Shown: piece after piece, positions 32,701 through 45,476 of the stretch
Layout of the letters: every line of letters begins with the position of its first letter
How positions within the stretch are numbered: the stretch's first letter is position 1
Source: an uncultured delta proteobacterium
GTDB taxonomy: Bacteria; Desulfobacterota; Syntrophobacteria; Syntrophobacterales; Syntrophobacteraceae
Direction of reading: 5' to 3'
NCBI GenBank assembly: GCA_963808625.1
Contig: CAWEHK010000017.1
Coordinates: forward strand, 32,001 to 96,000
DNA length: 64,000 bases
Translations under genes and position numbers: made by a program
The notes under the pieces: model-generated
Databases searched by the model: none
What the model saw: the letters and a program-made list of their open reading frames with translations, nothing else
What the model was told of the DNA's origin: nothing

Positions 32701-33390
32701 TTCGTTGAAGGCTTTCGCATCGGGCCAGATGTCGGGGTAGAACTCCGAAGCCAGGCGGGAAGCAAACGTTTTAACCACGAGGGGTTGATTGTGGACCTCC
32801 TGCCAGGACGCTCCCTTGGCGAGCTCGGCGATTCTCGCCTCAAACTGCGCCATCTTGCCGTCTTTTTCCAGCATGTATTCGAGGTAAGCGATTTTCTTGT
32901 CGCGCGAATAACCGGCCCACTGCATGACTTTGGAATAGAGTACACTCGAGATTTCCATCATAGCGGCGCCGGCAAGCTGTTCGCTGGCGAGATCGAGCAT
33001 GACCACCGCCGTGGAGTGCTTCTTGGCAACCGTGGCAATTCGTGCCCGCAGGGTTTGCGACGTCAGGCGACTTTGCATCCACTCCAGGAAGGGCTTGCCG
33101 TCGAGCGTTCTGCCGGGGTCCAGGGCAAACCCCAGATACTTGGTGAAAGAACTCTTCCCGGAACCGTAAAAGCCGGACACCCACACCCCGATTTCGTGGC
33201 CTCCCCCTCCGCCCATGCCTTCATCGAGCATATCGAGGAGCCGTTCGAGACTGGTTTCAATGCTCTCGGTGGCGACGTACTCTGTGATTTCCTGTCGCAG
33301 GCGCTCGGGCTCGGTCGAATCAAAGGTGATGACTTTTTCGATCCGGCGATCGATGTTTTTACTGGGATCAAAGAGCTCCCGAATATACAT
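29761..33390 (-). CDS. brxC: BREX P-loop ATPase BrxC
   Basis: IDRRIEKVI, EITEYVAT, GVWVSGFYGSGKSSF, ILDEVGQY, ATAQQ, KLKDRF, YPFLP; intact 1209 aa. Confidence 0.95.
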   Translation of the reverse strand: MYIRELFDPSKNIDRRIEKVITFDSTEPERLRQEITEYVATESIETSLERLLDMLDEGMGGGGGHEIGVWVSGFYGSGKSSFTKYLGFALDPGRTLDGKPFLEWMQSRLTSQTLRARIATVAKKHSTAVVMLDLASEQLAGAAMMEISSVLYSKVMQWAGYSRDKKIAYLEYMLEKDGKMAQFEARIAELAKGASWQEVHNQPLVVKTFASRLASEFYPDIWPDAKAFNEITVDEAEKEDDRVRSMIDLIRRRSGKQNILFILDEVGQYVMARDALILNLDGLAKNIRNIGGGHAWIIATAQQTLTEDDPRAHMNTAKLFKLKDRFPVPIDLEASDIKEICIKRLLGKSKQGQDTLKALFDSKGHVLRYATQLANTRYYKSDLEQKTFCDLYPFLPQHFDILLELLSRLAKTSGGIGLRSAIKVVQDVLVDQSGVRPGEPLLADQETGTLATTVVLYDTLRRDIQRSFRHIVEGVEKVQTIFGADSLHAHAAKSIAVLQVLEDFPVSRENLAALMHPSVESASLLPQVKEAVEDLLKEQAIPLSEVDGSLRFMSEAVTILENERRKIIPGAIDLRNILNAKLREMFTPLPNTQLAGTRTVNCGIKIVSNGLTVSLLGDKEEIQTHLEFISDATYEGRRRNAVLESQQGANRKIIYLLGREDPEVDDTLIEIFRCRSIYNQYRNKAAEKEVADYLNGQLQRSETKTTELGTLLVKGLSKGSFIFRGQPKPVSELDSELKEAAKKFLKKVAEDVFEKYSEAPVQVESAVAERFLKTDHLDKIASKDDPLKLVKKIGKTTGIDLGHKALVSIKDYLDKYGQTDGKKILDDFYASPYGWSKDTTRYLVAALLVGGEIKLRVSGQDITVRGDTAVQVLSNTTSFNKIGVALRSEGKPSPEMRLRASERLLELTGENVLPLEEDISKGVMRHFPDFQQDFAPLCAQLKNLELPGVDIAQSVQDRITEILKGDASDATHRLGGEACPLHDNLIWASKVKKAFDNGIEAIIRKVNRYLVAIPSLPAFGIPGQLIDETDMARLSLQELVERKDFFDAIPEFQTHLTALDSKIKQLASKLLQKEQEWLEKEKERLQQADEWGQLSGEDRLRIAGRLDALKIEAAADLAGMQKVINDHYSLMQQLELIENEIQTSITTNGGEEGVETPTELLIPFPALPVVFSTADEIDAIIRELSNLKKKLGKSTTIRVEWKIAEENGA

Positions 33391-33414
33391 GGTGAGTTTC
33401 CTCTCCTCTTTTTT

Positions 33415-33694
33415 ACCGCAGAGAGCGCAGAGAACGCAGAGTTTAGTCTTCTTTCAGATTGTTCACCAATCGCCGTAGTCCAGCCGAATGCTGTACGCCA
33501 GTGACTTTATTCAAGTAGAGCTTTCTGTCCTCTCCACTTTGCCCTCTGCTCAACTCATAGCAAGACTGCCTCATAGGTCGACTCAAGCAAACCTGGACCG
33601 AGCTCCCGATGAACGGCTATAGCCGCCCCAATGATGGACTCAGTACTTTATTCAAGTCTCCTGTCATCTCTGCGTCCTCTGCGAGCTCTGCGGT
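33415..33694 (-). pseudogene. GxxExxY-family relic bracketed by inverted 9-nt-periodic GCAGAG repeats
   Basis: [25 protein letters not shown] on the minus strand; flanks accgcagagagcgcagagaacgcagag and ctctgcgtcctctgcgagctctgcggt. Confidence 0.8.
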
Positions 33695-33715
33695 GAATTT
33701 CAAGCACGTTTTCCG

Positions 33716-34291
33716 CTAACCGCCAATGTGGATAGAGCGGTAATTGCCGTCTTCCGGATAAATCCCCAAGAACTTCAATGTCGATTTCCCCGTTCGCTTG
33801 CCGGGGTAGAGAAAAACCGTTGGGACTTTGAAACGGCCCTGAAGCTTCTGCTCAATGGTTCCGACCCGCAGGTATGGGTGGAGAGCCTCAAGGTCCGTCA
33901 CCAAAAGAAGCGCATGCGGCTGGCCGCTTAGCTCTTCCAGCTTCTCCTGGAGCGCCATCTTGAGCGAGTCGCCTTCCATCAATGCTTCACGCAGTGTGGC
34001 ATTGATGGCTTCAAAATCCAGGGGAGTTTCAGCCTCACTTTCCAGCCAGATGTCACGAAATTCATGATTGCCGAAAATTTGGTGCACGGCTTCTGCCATG
34101 GAAAACTTGTCAACCGCCCAGCCATCAAGCTTGAGCCTTGCTGTCCATTGCTTCAACCGGCGCTTGACCTCCAGCATTTCTTCCGGTCGAAATACGAGGT
34201 AGAAAACCGGGTCGTCCCCGGTATTGCTGAGTGATCTCCCGGAGTGGAGCCGCTCCCGCAATTCCTCAAAGCTCGCTTGCAGCGATGGCAT
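33716..34291 (-). CDS. brxB: BREX protein BrxB (DUF1788)
   Basis: DPVFYLVF.P, LEALHPYLR, TVFLYPG...LKFLG...DGNYR; position upstream of brxC. Confidence 0.9.
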   Translation of the reverse strand: MPSLQASFEELRERLHSGRSLSNTGDDPVFYLVFRPEEMLEVKRRLKQWTARLKLDGWAVDKFSMAEAVHQIFGNHEFRDIWLESEAETPLDFEAINATLREALMEGDSLKMALQEKLEELSGQPHALLLVTDLEALHPYLRVGTIEQKLQGRFKVPTVFLYPGKRTGKSTLKFLGIYPEDGNYRSIHIGG

Positions 34292-35060
34292 CGAGACATT
34301 CCTCCATGGATTTGTACTTCCAGGCGATTCTCAGAAGCTCACCGGAGTACTGAACGATGAAATGGCCTGCAAAGGAGACCTTCTCCAGTTCACGAACTAC
34401 ATTGTGCCTCTCTATCCCAAAGAGAGCCCAATCGGGGTGCTCCATGACAGCGCTATCTCCGAGCCCCCGGAAGTGGAGTTCATGAGAGAGATAAAGCGTA
34501 GTGATAGGTGTAATCACGAAGGGCAAGATCTCCCTTTCTCCTTTGTGAATCGGTGTCACCAGATGAAAATCCTCGAGGCAGCCAAGGAGGTATCCTGCCA
34601 CTCTGAAGTTCATGGTAGGGGACCAGCGGGGTGCAATACATCCCTTGTTGACCGCCGATTCAAGGAAATCCAGCGCGTCCTCCTTTTTTAGATGGGTTGC
34701 CCCGGAAGCGTACTTATGCCAGTAAACTTCTCGTATGAAGTCGTATAAAACCAGGTTGGCTCTAGCCGTGTAAATGAGAAATATTTGACCCAGCTGCTTT
34801 GTGGGAACTGAATGCGAGAGCAAGCGTTTCAGGTAAAGCGCGGGGCGACCGTCATCAACCAGGTACCGAGCGGCGAAGGCGCGATTCACCAGGTCTTTGG
34901 TCCTCAATGCGGTTGCCTTGGAAAGAACGCCCTTTTTCAATACCTCCGACACCAGTTCAGACGCGCCCATATGAGGCCGCCAGATATCGAATATCGCCAG
35001 GGTTTCGGGAATCAATCCCTGGCCCTTGGCTAATGCCGTCGTGTAGACCTTTCTCCCCAT
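34266..35060 (-). CDS. brxA: BREX protein BrxA (DUF1819)
   Basis: YTTALAKGQGLIPET, YTARANLVLYDFI, WSPT, DWALFG; synteny; start re-assigned to ATG at 35060. Confidence 0.8.
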   Translation of the reverse strand: MGRKVYTTALAKGQGLIPETLAIFDIWRPHMGASELVSEVLKKGVLSKATALRTKDLVNRAFAARYLVDDGRPALYLKRLLSHSVPTKQLGQIFLIYTARANLVLYDFIREVYWHKYASGATHLKKEDALDFLESAVNKGCIAPRWSPTMNFRVAGYLLGCLEDFHLVTPIHKGEREILPFVITPITTLYLSHELHFRGLGDSAVMEHPDWALFGIERHNVVRELEKVSFAGHFIVQYSGELLRIAWKYKSMEECLDAIAASEL

Positions 35061-35061
35061 G

Positions 35062-35553
35062 CTATTCCATCGTAAGATACGGGAAGGTCTGTTTTCCCGA
35101 GCCGAAAGCATCGAAATAATGCTTGGCCATCTCTTCGATCGTGAAGGTGCTCAAGAGGTTCTTCAGCGTTCCCACTTGAACCGGTCCTTCCGGGGCATCG
35201 ATGGTGCTCACGGCCAGTTGTTGGAGAATGCCAAGAGCATTATCCTTCGTTTCAATGCCGGCCAAAAACCCTGCCGGGTCAGCATTGAGCAACTCCAGAT
35301 GGACTTTTTCCTCCACTGTCGCAGGCAGCCGAAACAGGTGAAAAACCCGGCCCCTGCCAATGCGCCGGTCATGAAGTTGCTTGGCCGCTTCGGTTACTGA
35401 ATGAACACCGGCTGAAAAAGCGGAACGAGGGAAGTTGATCTCCAGGAATTTCTGTCCGGTCTTGCCCAGAAAGGAAGTATCCCACCAGTTGAACTGGTCC
35501 TTTTCCCCCAGATAACCCACAAGGACGCGCAATTGCAGCAATTTGTCAATCAA
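35062..35553 (-). CDS. brxE: BrxE family protein
   Basis: LRVLVGYLGEKDQFNWWDT.FL, FPRS, HDRRIG...FHLFRLP...EE, PY at the C-terminus. Confidence 0.75.
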   Translation of the reverse strand: MIDKLLQLRVLVGYLGEKDQFNWWDTSFLGKTGQKFLEINFPRSAFSAGVHSVTEAAKQLHDRRIGRGRVFHLFRLPATVEEKVHLELLNADPAGFLAGIETKDNALGILQQLAVSTIDAPEGPVQVGTLKNLLSTFTIEEMAKHYFDAFGSGKQTFPYLTME

Positions 35554-35711
35554 CCTGAATCACCTCCGACATCGAATGTCATCATTGCCATTTTGCCTCG
35601 CCAGCAATCGCTATAGGTTCTTCCGCAAGCTCAAATGCTGGGTTTTGTCCCGCATATTAAGCCCATACCATATTGTACGAATCTTTATCGAGCAAAGTGA
35701 CTTTGACCATT

Positions 35712-35860
35712 TCAGCTTCCCCTCGGATGGCGACATTCATCACCGCCAGTCGCCAGGCGGTATTCGTGACCAAGGTTGCAGAACTCTCCATCCGATTTAG
35801 CGCGTCGCTCGTTAAAGGCATCGGAGACGTGTTTCAGTAAGATGAGGCCGAGAACGGCAA
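35712..35860 (-). pseudogene. Type I R-M methyltransferase (HsdM) relic
   Basis: VLGLILLKHVSDAFNERR (HsdM N-terminal helix) about 40 nt from AWRLAVMNVAIRG (normally far downstream). Confidence 0.6.
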
Positions 35861-36048
35861 GCTCAATGATAGCAGTTTTGAGGCATAAGTTCACGCTTTA
35901 AGACGAAAACCAGGTTAACCCATGAGGGCATATCAGGGCTCCCTGCCGGGTCACTAATTGGAGCACGAAAGGGGTTGCTATCTGACCATTTATCATTACA
36001 ATTACGAGGCTTAAAATTTGGTTGCACCAGCTCAAGTAAGGAAACGAT

Positions 36049-37190
36049 ATGGTCTCTCCCTGGAAGCGCACCAAGGCCATCCTGCTGCTCGAGGATGGCA
36101 CCATTTTTCGCGGTTATGCCTTTGCGGGACAAGGGCGGGCCCTGGGCGAAGTGGTCTTTAACACGAGCATGACGGGCTATCAGGAGGTCCTCACCGATCC
36201 CTCCTATAAGGGGCAGATGGTCGCCATGACCTATCCTCTGACCGGGACCTACGGCATTAACGACGAAGACATGGAATCCGCAACGATCCGGGTGGAAGCC
36301 TTTATCGTGAAGGAGTATCAGGATTTCGCCAGCAACTGGAGAAGCACCAGGACCCTTGCTGATTTTCTCAACGACCACCACAAGATCGGGATCGAAGGCC
36401 TCGACACCCGGGCACTGACCCGCCACATTCGGGTGGCCGGCGCCATGCGGGGGATCATTGCCACGGACACGGACGACGTTGCCGCCCTGATGGAAGAGGT
36501 TCAGGCCTTTCCCGGGCTGAACGGCATCGATCTCGTCCAGTACGTTACCTGCGCGCAGCCCTACCGGTGGTGCCATGGACCCAAGTTGGCCCGGATTCTC
36601 TTGCCTGGTCTTCGGGGCAGGCGGGGTTCCGGGTGGCGGCCCTGGACTGCGGGATCAAGTACAACATCCTGCGCCTGCTCGAACGAGCCGGATGTCAGGT
36701 CATCGTGTTCCCGGCGCATACTCCGGCTGAACAGATCCTGGCGACCGATCCCGACGGTGTCTTCCTTTCCAATGGTCCGGGCGATCCGGCGGCGCTGCAC
36801 CAGGTCATTGAGACGGTGCGGGGGCTTCTGGGAAAGCGGCCGGTCTTTGGGATCTGTCTCGGTCACCAGGTAATGGGACTGGCCCTGGGCGGAAAAACGT
36901 TCAAACTCAAGTTCGGCCATCGCGGGGCGAACCAGCCCGTCAAGGACCTGACTACCGAAAGAGTTGAGATCACTTCTCAGAACCACGGGTACTGCGTCGA
37001 TATCGACTCGCTGGCCCACGTCCCCGTGCGCCTCACCCACCTCAACCTCAACGACAACACGCTGGAAGGAATGGAACATCTGGAAATCCCCGCATTCAGC
37101 GTGCAGTACCATCCCGAAGCTTCACCCGGCCCTCATGACGCTGCCTACCTCTTTGATCGCTTTATCGACCTGATGAAGCGGAACCAGTAG
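36049..37190 (+). CDS. carA: Carbamoyl-phosphate synthase small subunit; one frameshift near 36570-36600
   Basis: [59 protein letters not shown]. Confidence 0.97.
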
Positions 37191-37206
37191 CAAGGAACAC
37201 CCTTTC

Positions 37207-40430
<3,224 letters not shown>

Positions 40431-40443
<13 letters not shown>

Positions 40444-40578
40444 TGAGTGAGAGAGAACGAGTGATGAGTGACGAGTGATGAGTGACGAGTGATGAGTGAC
40501 GAGTGACGGGAGTGACGAGTGATGAGTGATGAGTGACGAGTGGTGAGTGACGAGTGATGAGTAATGAGTGGTGAGTGA
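40431..40578 (+). repeat. Heptamer tandem array (GAGTGAY)n, about 20 units
   Basis: Begins inside the carB final codons and stop, and ends just before the four-helix-bundle gene. Confidence 0.95.
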
Positions 40579-40610
40579 GATGACACGGACGATGAGAGAA
40601 GAACGGGGTA

Positions 40611-40988
40611 ATGACTGAAAGGATCAGCAGGTTCGAGGACCTGATTGCATGGCAGAAGGCGCGAAGTCTCACTGCAAGTGTTTACAGGATTACAACAGGA
40701 GGGCTTTTCGCCAAGGATTTGGGGCTGAAGGACCAGATCCGGCGGGCAGCGGTGTCAGCCATGTCAAACATTGCCGAGGGCTTTGAACGCGGAACACCAA
40801 CTGAATTCCACCGCTTCCTTACGATTGCTAAGGCTTCGTGTGGAGAGCTTCGGTCTCAACTTTATGTAGCATTGGATGTGGGTTACTTAACCGAGGAAAT
40901 ATTCGGCGCCTTGCTTGCGCAAGCAGACGAAGTGGCACGGATCATCGGGGGCTTGCGCATTTCAGCCAAGCGACGTCGGGAGGCATAG
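40611..40988 (+). CDS. Four-helix-bundle protein (23S rRNA IVP / Avd-like family)
   Basis: [50 protein letters not shown]. Confidence 0.93.
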   Translation: MTERISRFEDLIAWQKARSLTASVYRITTGGLFAKDLGLKDQIRRAAVSAMSNIAEGFERGTPTEFHRFLTIAKASCGELRSQLYVALDVGYLTEEIFGALLAQADEVARIIGGLRISAKRRREA

Positions 40989-40997
40989 AGAACTCTT

Positions 40998-42557
40998 ATG
41001 AACCAAACCCCTTCACTCACTACCAGTCACCCAGCGCCTGCTCCTGAAGTCCCTCCGCTCATCACTCATCACTCATCACTCATCACTCGTCACTCGTCAC
41101 TCGTTCCTCCCCACTCATCACTCGCTCCTTTCATCCCCCGAAAACGCGAAGAATGCGGTATTTTTGGGGTTTACGGGAACTCCGAGGCGGCCAAGCTGAC
41201 CTATTTCGGGCTTTATGCCCTCCAGCACCGGGGCCAGGAAAGCGCGGGTATCGCGGTTTCCGACGGTCAGCAGGTCAGAGAATACAAGCATATGGGACTG
41301 GTGCACGATATTTTCAAGGAAGACATCCTTCAGGCCCTGAAGGGACATCTGGCGATCGGCCATGTCCGCTATTCGACGACGGGTTCTTCCCTGCTGGCAA
41401 ATGCTCAGCCGTTCGGCGTCTTCCTTGGCGATGAATATTACGGGATTGCGCATAACGGCAATCTTGTCAACGCGTTTCAGTTACGTCGAGAGCTGGAGGC
41501 AAAGGGCGCCATTTTCCAGTCCACCATGGATACCGAGGTGATCATTCACCTCATGGCCAGGCGGCTGCGTAATGGTCTCGAGGAAGCCCTGATTGAAGCT
41601 CTGAATCAGGTGCAGGGGGCCTATTCACTCGTCATGTGCACGAAGGATAAGCTGATCGGGATAAGGGACCCCCGGGGCTTTCGTCCTCTCTGCCTTGGTG
41701 AGTTAGACGGCAGTTACGTGCTCGCTTCCGAAACCTGTGCCTTCGATCTGATTGAGGCGACCTATATCCGCGATCTCGACCCGGGTGAGATTCTCATCAT
41801 CGACGGCAGCGGCTTGCGGTCTCTGCACCCTTTTCCCAAGGCCCGACCTGCCCACTGCATCTTCGAATTCATCTACTTCGCCCGGCCCGATAGCAGCATC
41901 TTCGGACAAAACGTCTACTTGTTCCGGAAGCGATTGGGACACCTGATGGCGCGGGAAAATCAGTCCCTCGCCGCCGACCTGGTGATGCCCTTTCCCGATT
42001 CCGGAAACTACGCGGCGCTGGGGTTTGCCGAGGCTTCCAGGATACCGTTCGAAATGGGTGTAATCAGAAACCATTATGTGGGAAGGACCTTCATTCAGCC
42101 GAGCCAGGCGATGCGGGATTTTGGGGTGCGAGTCAAGCTGAATCCGGTTCGGGAGTTGCTGCAAGACAAACGGGTTGTTCTCGTGGAAGACTCCATTATC
42201 CGGGGCACGACTACCCGCACCCGCCTTCGCGCCCTTCGTAAAGCCGGGGCAAAAGAAGTCCACATGCTGGTGAGCTGCCCGCCGCACCGCTTCCCGTGCC
42301 CCTATGGCATTGACTTCTCCACCAAAGGCGAGCTCATTGCCGCATCCCATTCGGTGGAGGAAATTCGGCAATTCATTGGCCTCGACTCGCTCAGTTATCT
42401 GAGTCTCGAGGGACTGCTTGAGGGCGCGGGTGCAGCGAGGGACAATCACCATTTCTGCCTCGCCTGCTTTACCGGCAACTACCCGGTCGCCTTCGAAGGG
42501 CAGGTGCGAAAGAACTGTTTCGAAAATCGCGGGCAAGATTCGCTGAACGTATGCTGA
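40998..42557 (+). CDS. purF: Amidophosphoribosyltransferase
   Basis: REECGIFG, LYALQHRGQESAG, GHVRYSTTG, HNGNL, CIFEFIYFARPDS, VEDSIIRGTT, CLACF. Confidence 0.97.
   Translation: MNQTPSLTTSHPAPAPEVPPLITHHSSLITRHSSLVPPHSSLAPFIPRKREECGIFGVYGNSEAAKLTYFGLYALQHRGQESAGIAVSDGQQVREYKHMGLVHDIFKEDILQALKGHLAIGHVRYSTTGSSLLANAQPFGVFLGDEYYGIAHNGNLVNAFQLRRELEAKGAIFQSTMDTEVIIHLMARRLRNGLEEALIEALNQVQGAYSLVMCTKDKLIGIRDPRGFRPLCLGELDGSYVLASETCAFDLIEATYIRDLDPGEILIIDGSGLRSLHPFPKARPAHCIFEFIYFARPDSSIFGQNVYLFRKRLGHLMARENQSLAADLVMPFPDSGNYAALGFAEASRIPFEMGVIRNHYVGRTFIQPSQAMRDFGVRVKLNPVRELLQDKRVVLVEDSIIRGTTTRTRLRALRKAGAKEVHMLVSCPPHRFPCPYGIDFSTKGELIAASHSVEEIRQFIGLDSLSYLSLEGLLEGAGAARDNHHFCLACFTGNYPVAFEGQVRKNCFENRGQDSLNVC
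41058..41123 (-). repeat. Inverted heptamer array (RTCACTC)n, about 9 units, inside the purF 5' end
   Basis: Reverse complement of the 40431-40578 array; translated as LITHHSSLITRHSSL. Confidence 0.9.
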
Positions 42558-42561
42558 TGGA

Positions 42562-43593
42562 GTGGCGGTGAGCGGAGAGTGCGGCACAAAGCGTGTTCAG
42601 CAAGAGGAGATCCTGGAGATTGCACGGGACGTCCTGCGGATTGAGGCCGAGGGGCTCCTCCATTTAGTCGACACCGTCTCCGAGAGCTTTGCAACAGCGG
42701 TGCAGTGGATTTACCAGGCTAAAGGACGAGTCATCGTAACGGGAATCGGCAAGTCTGGAATCGTTGGTCGCAAAATCGTCGCGACGCTCAGCAGCACCGG
42801 CACTCCCGCCCTCTTTATCCACCCGGTTGAAGCCATGCACGGTGATCTTGGCATGGTGCGCGGCGAGGACATCGTCTTAGCCCTGTCGAACAGTGGTGAA
42901 ACCGACGAACTGAACGTCATCCTCCCCAGCCTTAAAGGGATCGGGACGCGCGTCATTGCCTTTACCGGCAGTATCACCTCCACTCTCGCCCAATACAGCG
43001 ATCTGGCGATTTATACCGGCGTCCCGCGGGAGGCCTGTCCCCTTGGCCTGGCTCCTACGGCCAGCTCCACCGCGCTCCTGGCGATGGGAGATGCGCTGGC
43101 GGTCGCCCTCATCAAAGTGCGGGATTTTCAACTTCAGGACTTTCAGCGCTATCACCCGGGAGGCCATTTGGGCGAACGGCTCCAGGTCCCCCTCTACGAA
43201 GTGCTGCGCCAGGGGGCCGACATTCCCAAGGTGTACCGGGATACGCCTGTCTCAGAAGCGCTGGTGGTGATGAGCCAAAAAGATCTTGGGGCAACCCTGA
43301 TCGTAGACGCAGAGGAAGAGCTGCTCGGGATTTTCACCGATGGCGATCTGCGGCGCGCCCTCAATCGCTTTCCGGACCTCGGCAGCCGCTTCATTCATGA
43401 GGTCATGACGCCACAGCCACGCTCCATCTGTGCCGATCGCTCGGTGGCGGAAGCTCTGGAAATGATGGAACAGTATCTGATTACGGTGCTGCCGGTAGTG
43501 GATGCATCCGGCCGGCTGCAAGGCATCCTCCACCTTCATGACCTGCTGGGTAAAGGCCACATCCGCTTCACCCGAACCAATAGTGGTCACTGA
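42562..43593 (+). CDS. kdsD: Arabinose-5-phosphate isomerase (KpsF/GutQ family; SIS plus two CBS domains)
   Basis: GIGKSG, KIVATLSSTGTP, EAMHGDLG, EACPLGLAPTAS, HPGG.LG, GIFTDGDLRR. Confidence 0.92.
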   Translation: MAVSGECGTKRVQQEEILEIARDVLRIEAEGLLHLVDTVSESFATAVQWIYQAKGRVIVTGIGKSGIVGRKIVATLSSTGTPALFIHPVEAMHGDLGMVRGEDIVLALSNSGETDELNVILPSLKGIGTRVIAFTGSITSTLAQYSDLAIYTGVPREACPLGLAPTASSTALLAMGDALAVALIKVRDFQLQDFQRYHPGGHLGERLQVPLYEVLRQGADIPKVYRDTPVSEALVVMSQKDLGATLIVDAEEELLGIFTDGDLRRALNRFPDLGSRFIHEVMTPQPRSICADRSVAEALEMMEQYLITVLPVVDASGRLQGILHLHDLLGKGHIRFTRTNSGH

Positions 43594-43601
43594 CCACTGC
43601 C

Positions 43602-45449
43602 ATGTACAATCAGCTCATCTATTTCATCATTGCCCTGCTGCTTTTTGCCATCCAGGAGCCCGGCACCGAGGCATTCATGCCTCTTTGGGAAACCATTCTG
43701 CTGGGGTTGGGCCTCTTCTCGCTCTATGCGATAATCTGTTGCGCCACCTTTCGCCGGTTGCAGCATGATCTTGCCGTAAATCTTCCTCGTGCCCTTCTCA
43801 TGCGGCGCTATCTTGCCGCGCAAAAGATGCTCTCCATTCTGGCGCTGCTCAATCTTGCCGTGGATGTTTACGTTCTGAACATCAAGTACTATCTCCACGG
43901 TCTCCCCGGATTCGAACAATCCCTTACCCTGCCGGGAATGGCCGGTCTTGCGCTGTTCTTGCTTCACCTGGCGGTGATGTGGGTCTGGAGCTACCCGGTA
44001 TACCGGCATCTCTACCATTCGAACCTGGGGCCACGGGCCTTCCTCAAGGGAAACCTGGCATTCAGTGCCGGCTCCTGATTCCCTGGTTCCTCATTTCGAT
44101 GGTTTCCGACGCGTTGCAGTTCCTTAAGACCCCGGTTTTCCTGAGAACTGAGGCGGGGCAATTGGTCCTCATGGGAACGCTCCTGATCGTTTTCGTCCTC
44201 TTTGCACCATGGCTGGTGGTGCGTTTGTGGGGCTGTCGGGCGCTGCCGGATACGGCCGAGCGTGCGGAACTGGAGAGGTTTGCCGAGGAGCAGCATTTTC
44301 GTGTCGGCAACCTTATGCTGTGGCCGTTGTTTGGTGGGGAAACGCTTACCGCGGGAATCGTCGGGATGTTGCCGGGGTGGCGTTATATCCTCTTCACTCG
44401 AGGTCTTCTCGGGCTCCTCAATGTTGATGAACTCAAGGCGGTGATCGCCCATGAAATAGGCCATGTGCGTCGGTACCATCTGCTCTTTTACCTGGCTTTT
44501 TTCTTCTGTTATTCGGTTCTGGTTTATGCCTTGGGCGACCTGGCGGTGCTCGTGCTTCTTCGGAACCCGGTTGTCCTGGACTGGTTGCTTGGCTCTGAGC
44601 CGGTAAACGCCACGCTTCTCTCCGTCCTCACCAGCATCCCCATGATCCTTATGCTGGTGCTCTATTTTCGGTATGTGTTCGGGTTCTTTATGAGAAACAG
44701 CGAACGCCAGGCCGATCTCTATGCGCTCAAGTTGATTGGCCACCCGTTTCTGCTGGTTTCCTCCCTGCGCAAGATAGCGTTTCACAGCGGCCAGTCGGAA
44801 GACTTGCCCAGCTGGCATCACTACAGCATCCGTCAGCGCATCGAGTTCCTTCTCGAGGCTTATAGGGATCCTGCGTTGATCAGAAAACATCACCAGAAGT
44901 ACTACACCGCCGTGGTGCTTTTCTTCCTTCTGGTAGCGGGCTTGAGTACGGCGGGATTCAGCTTGGAAAAGACTAAAACCGTTCGGAATTGGCGCGCGGA
45001 GCTGCAGCTCTCCGTGATTGAGCGGGAAATTACCCGCAACCAGGCTGACCGGAAGCTGTACTCGGCGTATGGCAGCCTCCTCTTGGAACGGGGCCAGTTT
45101 GCAAAGGCGGAATCGGCCCTCCGGAAATCTTTGGAAGAGGCACCGCTGGACGCAAACACCTTGAACAATCTCGCCTGGCTCTATGCCACTTCTCCGCCGC
45201 CCCTATTTCAAGCCGCAGGCAGCCTTGGAACTGGCCTTGCGGGCCGCCACCCTGGAGCCGGATCCGGCCATTCTCGACACCCTGGCTGAGGCCTATTTTG
45301 TCAACGGCCAGGCCGAAGAAGCCTTGAAAATCATTCAGCAAGCCATGCTCAAGAACCCCCGTAACCAGGAATATTTTTTGAGCCAGAAACAGAAGTTCGA
45401 GGCGAGCCTGAGTACCGCTCCCCGCCAAAAAGGGGCCGTCCAAGAATAA
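43602..45449 (+). CDS. M48-family membrane zinc peptidase with C-terminal TPR; two frameshifts
   Basis: TM helices, AHEIGH, ERQAD, HYSIRQRI, LNNLAWLYAT, ILDTLAEAYF. Confidence 0.85.
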
Positions 45450-45476
45450 CGTGCTCACATGTTGATCCTATTCCAA

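Noticed and set aside
28388..33504. Long plus-strand ORFs opposite pglX/brxC (similarly 39205-40425, 51796-53040, 57294-58562, 62170-63579)
   Set aside because: Antisense shadows of GC-rich genes with no motifs of their own
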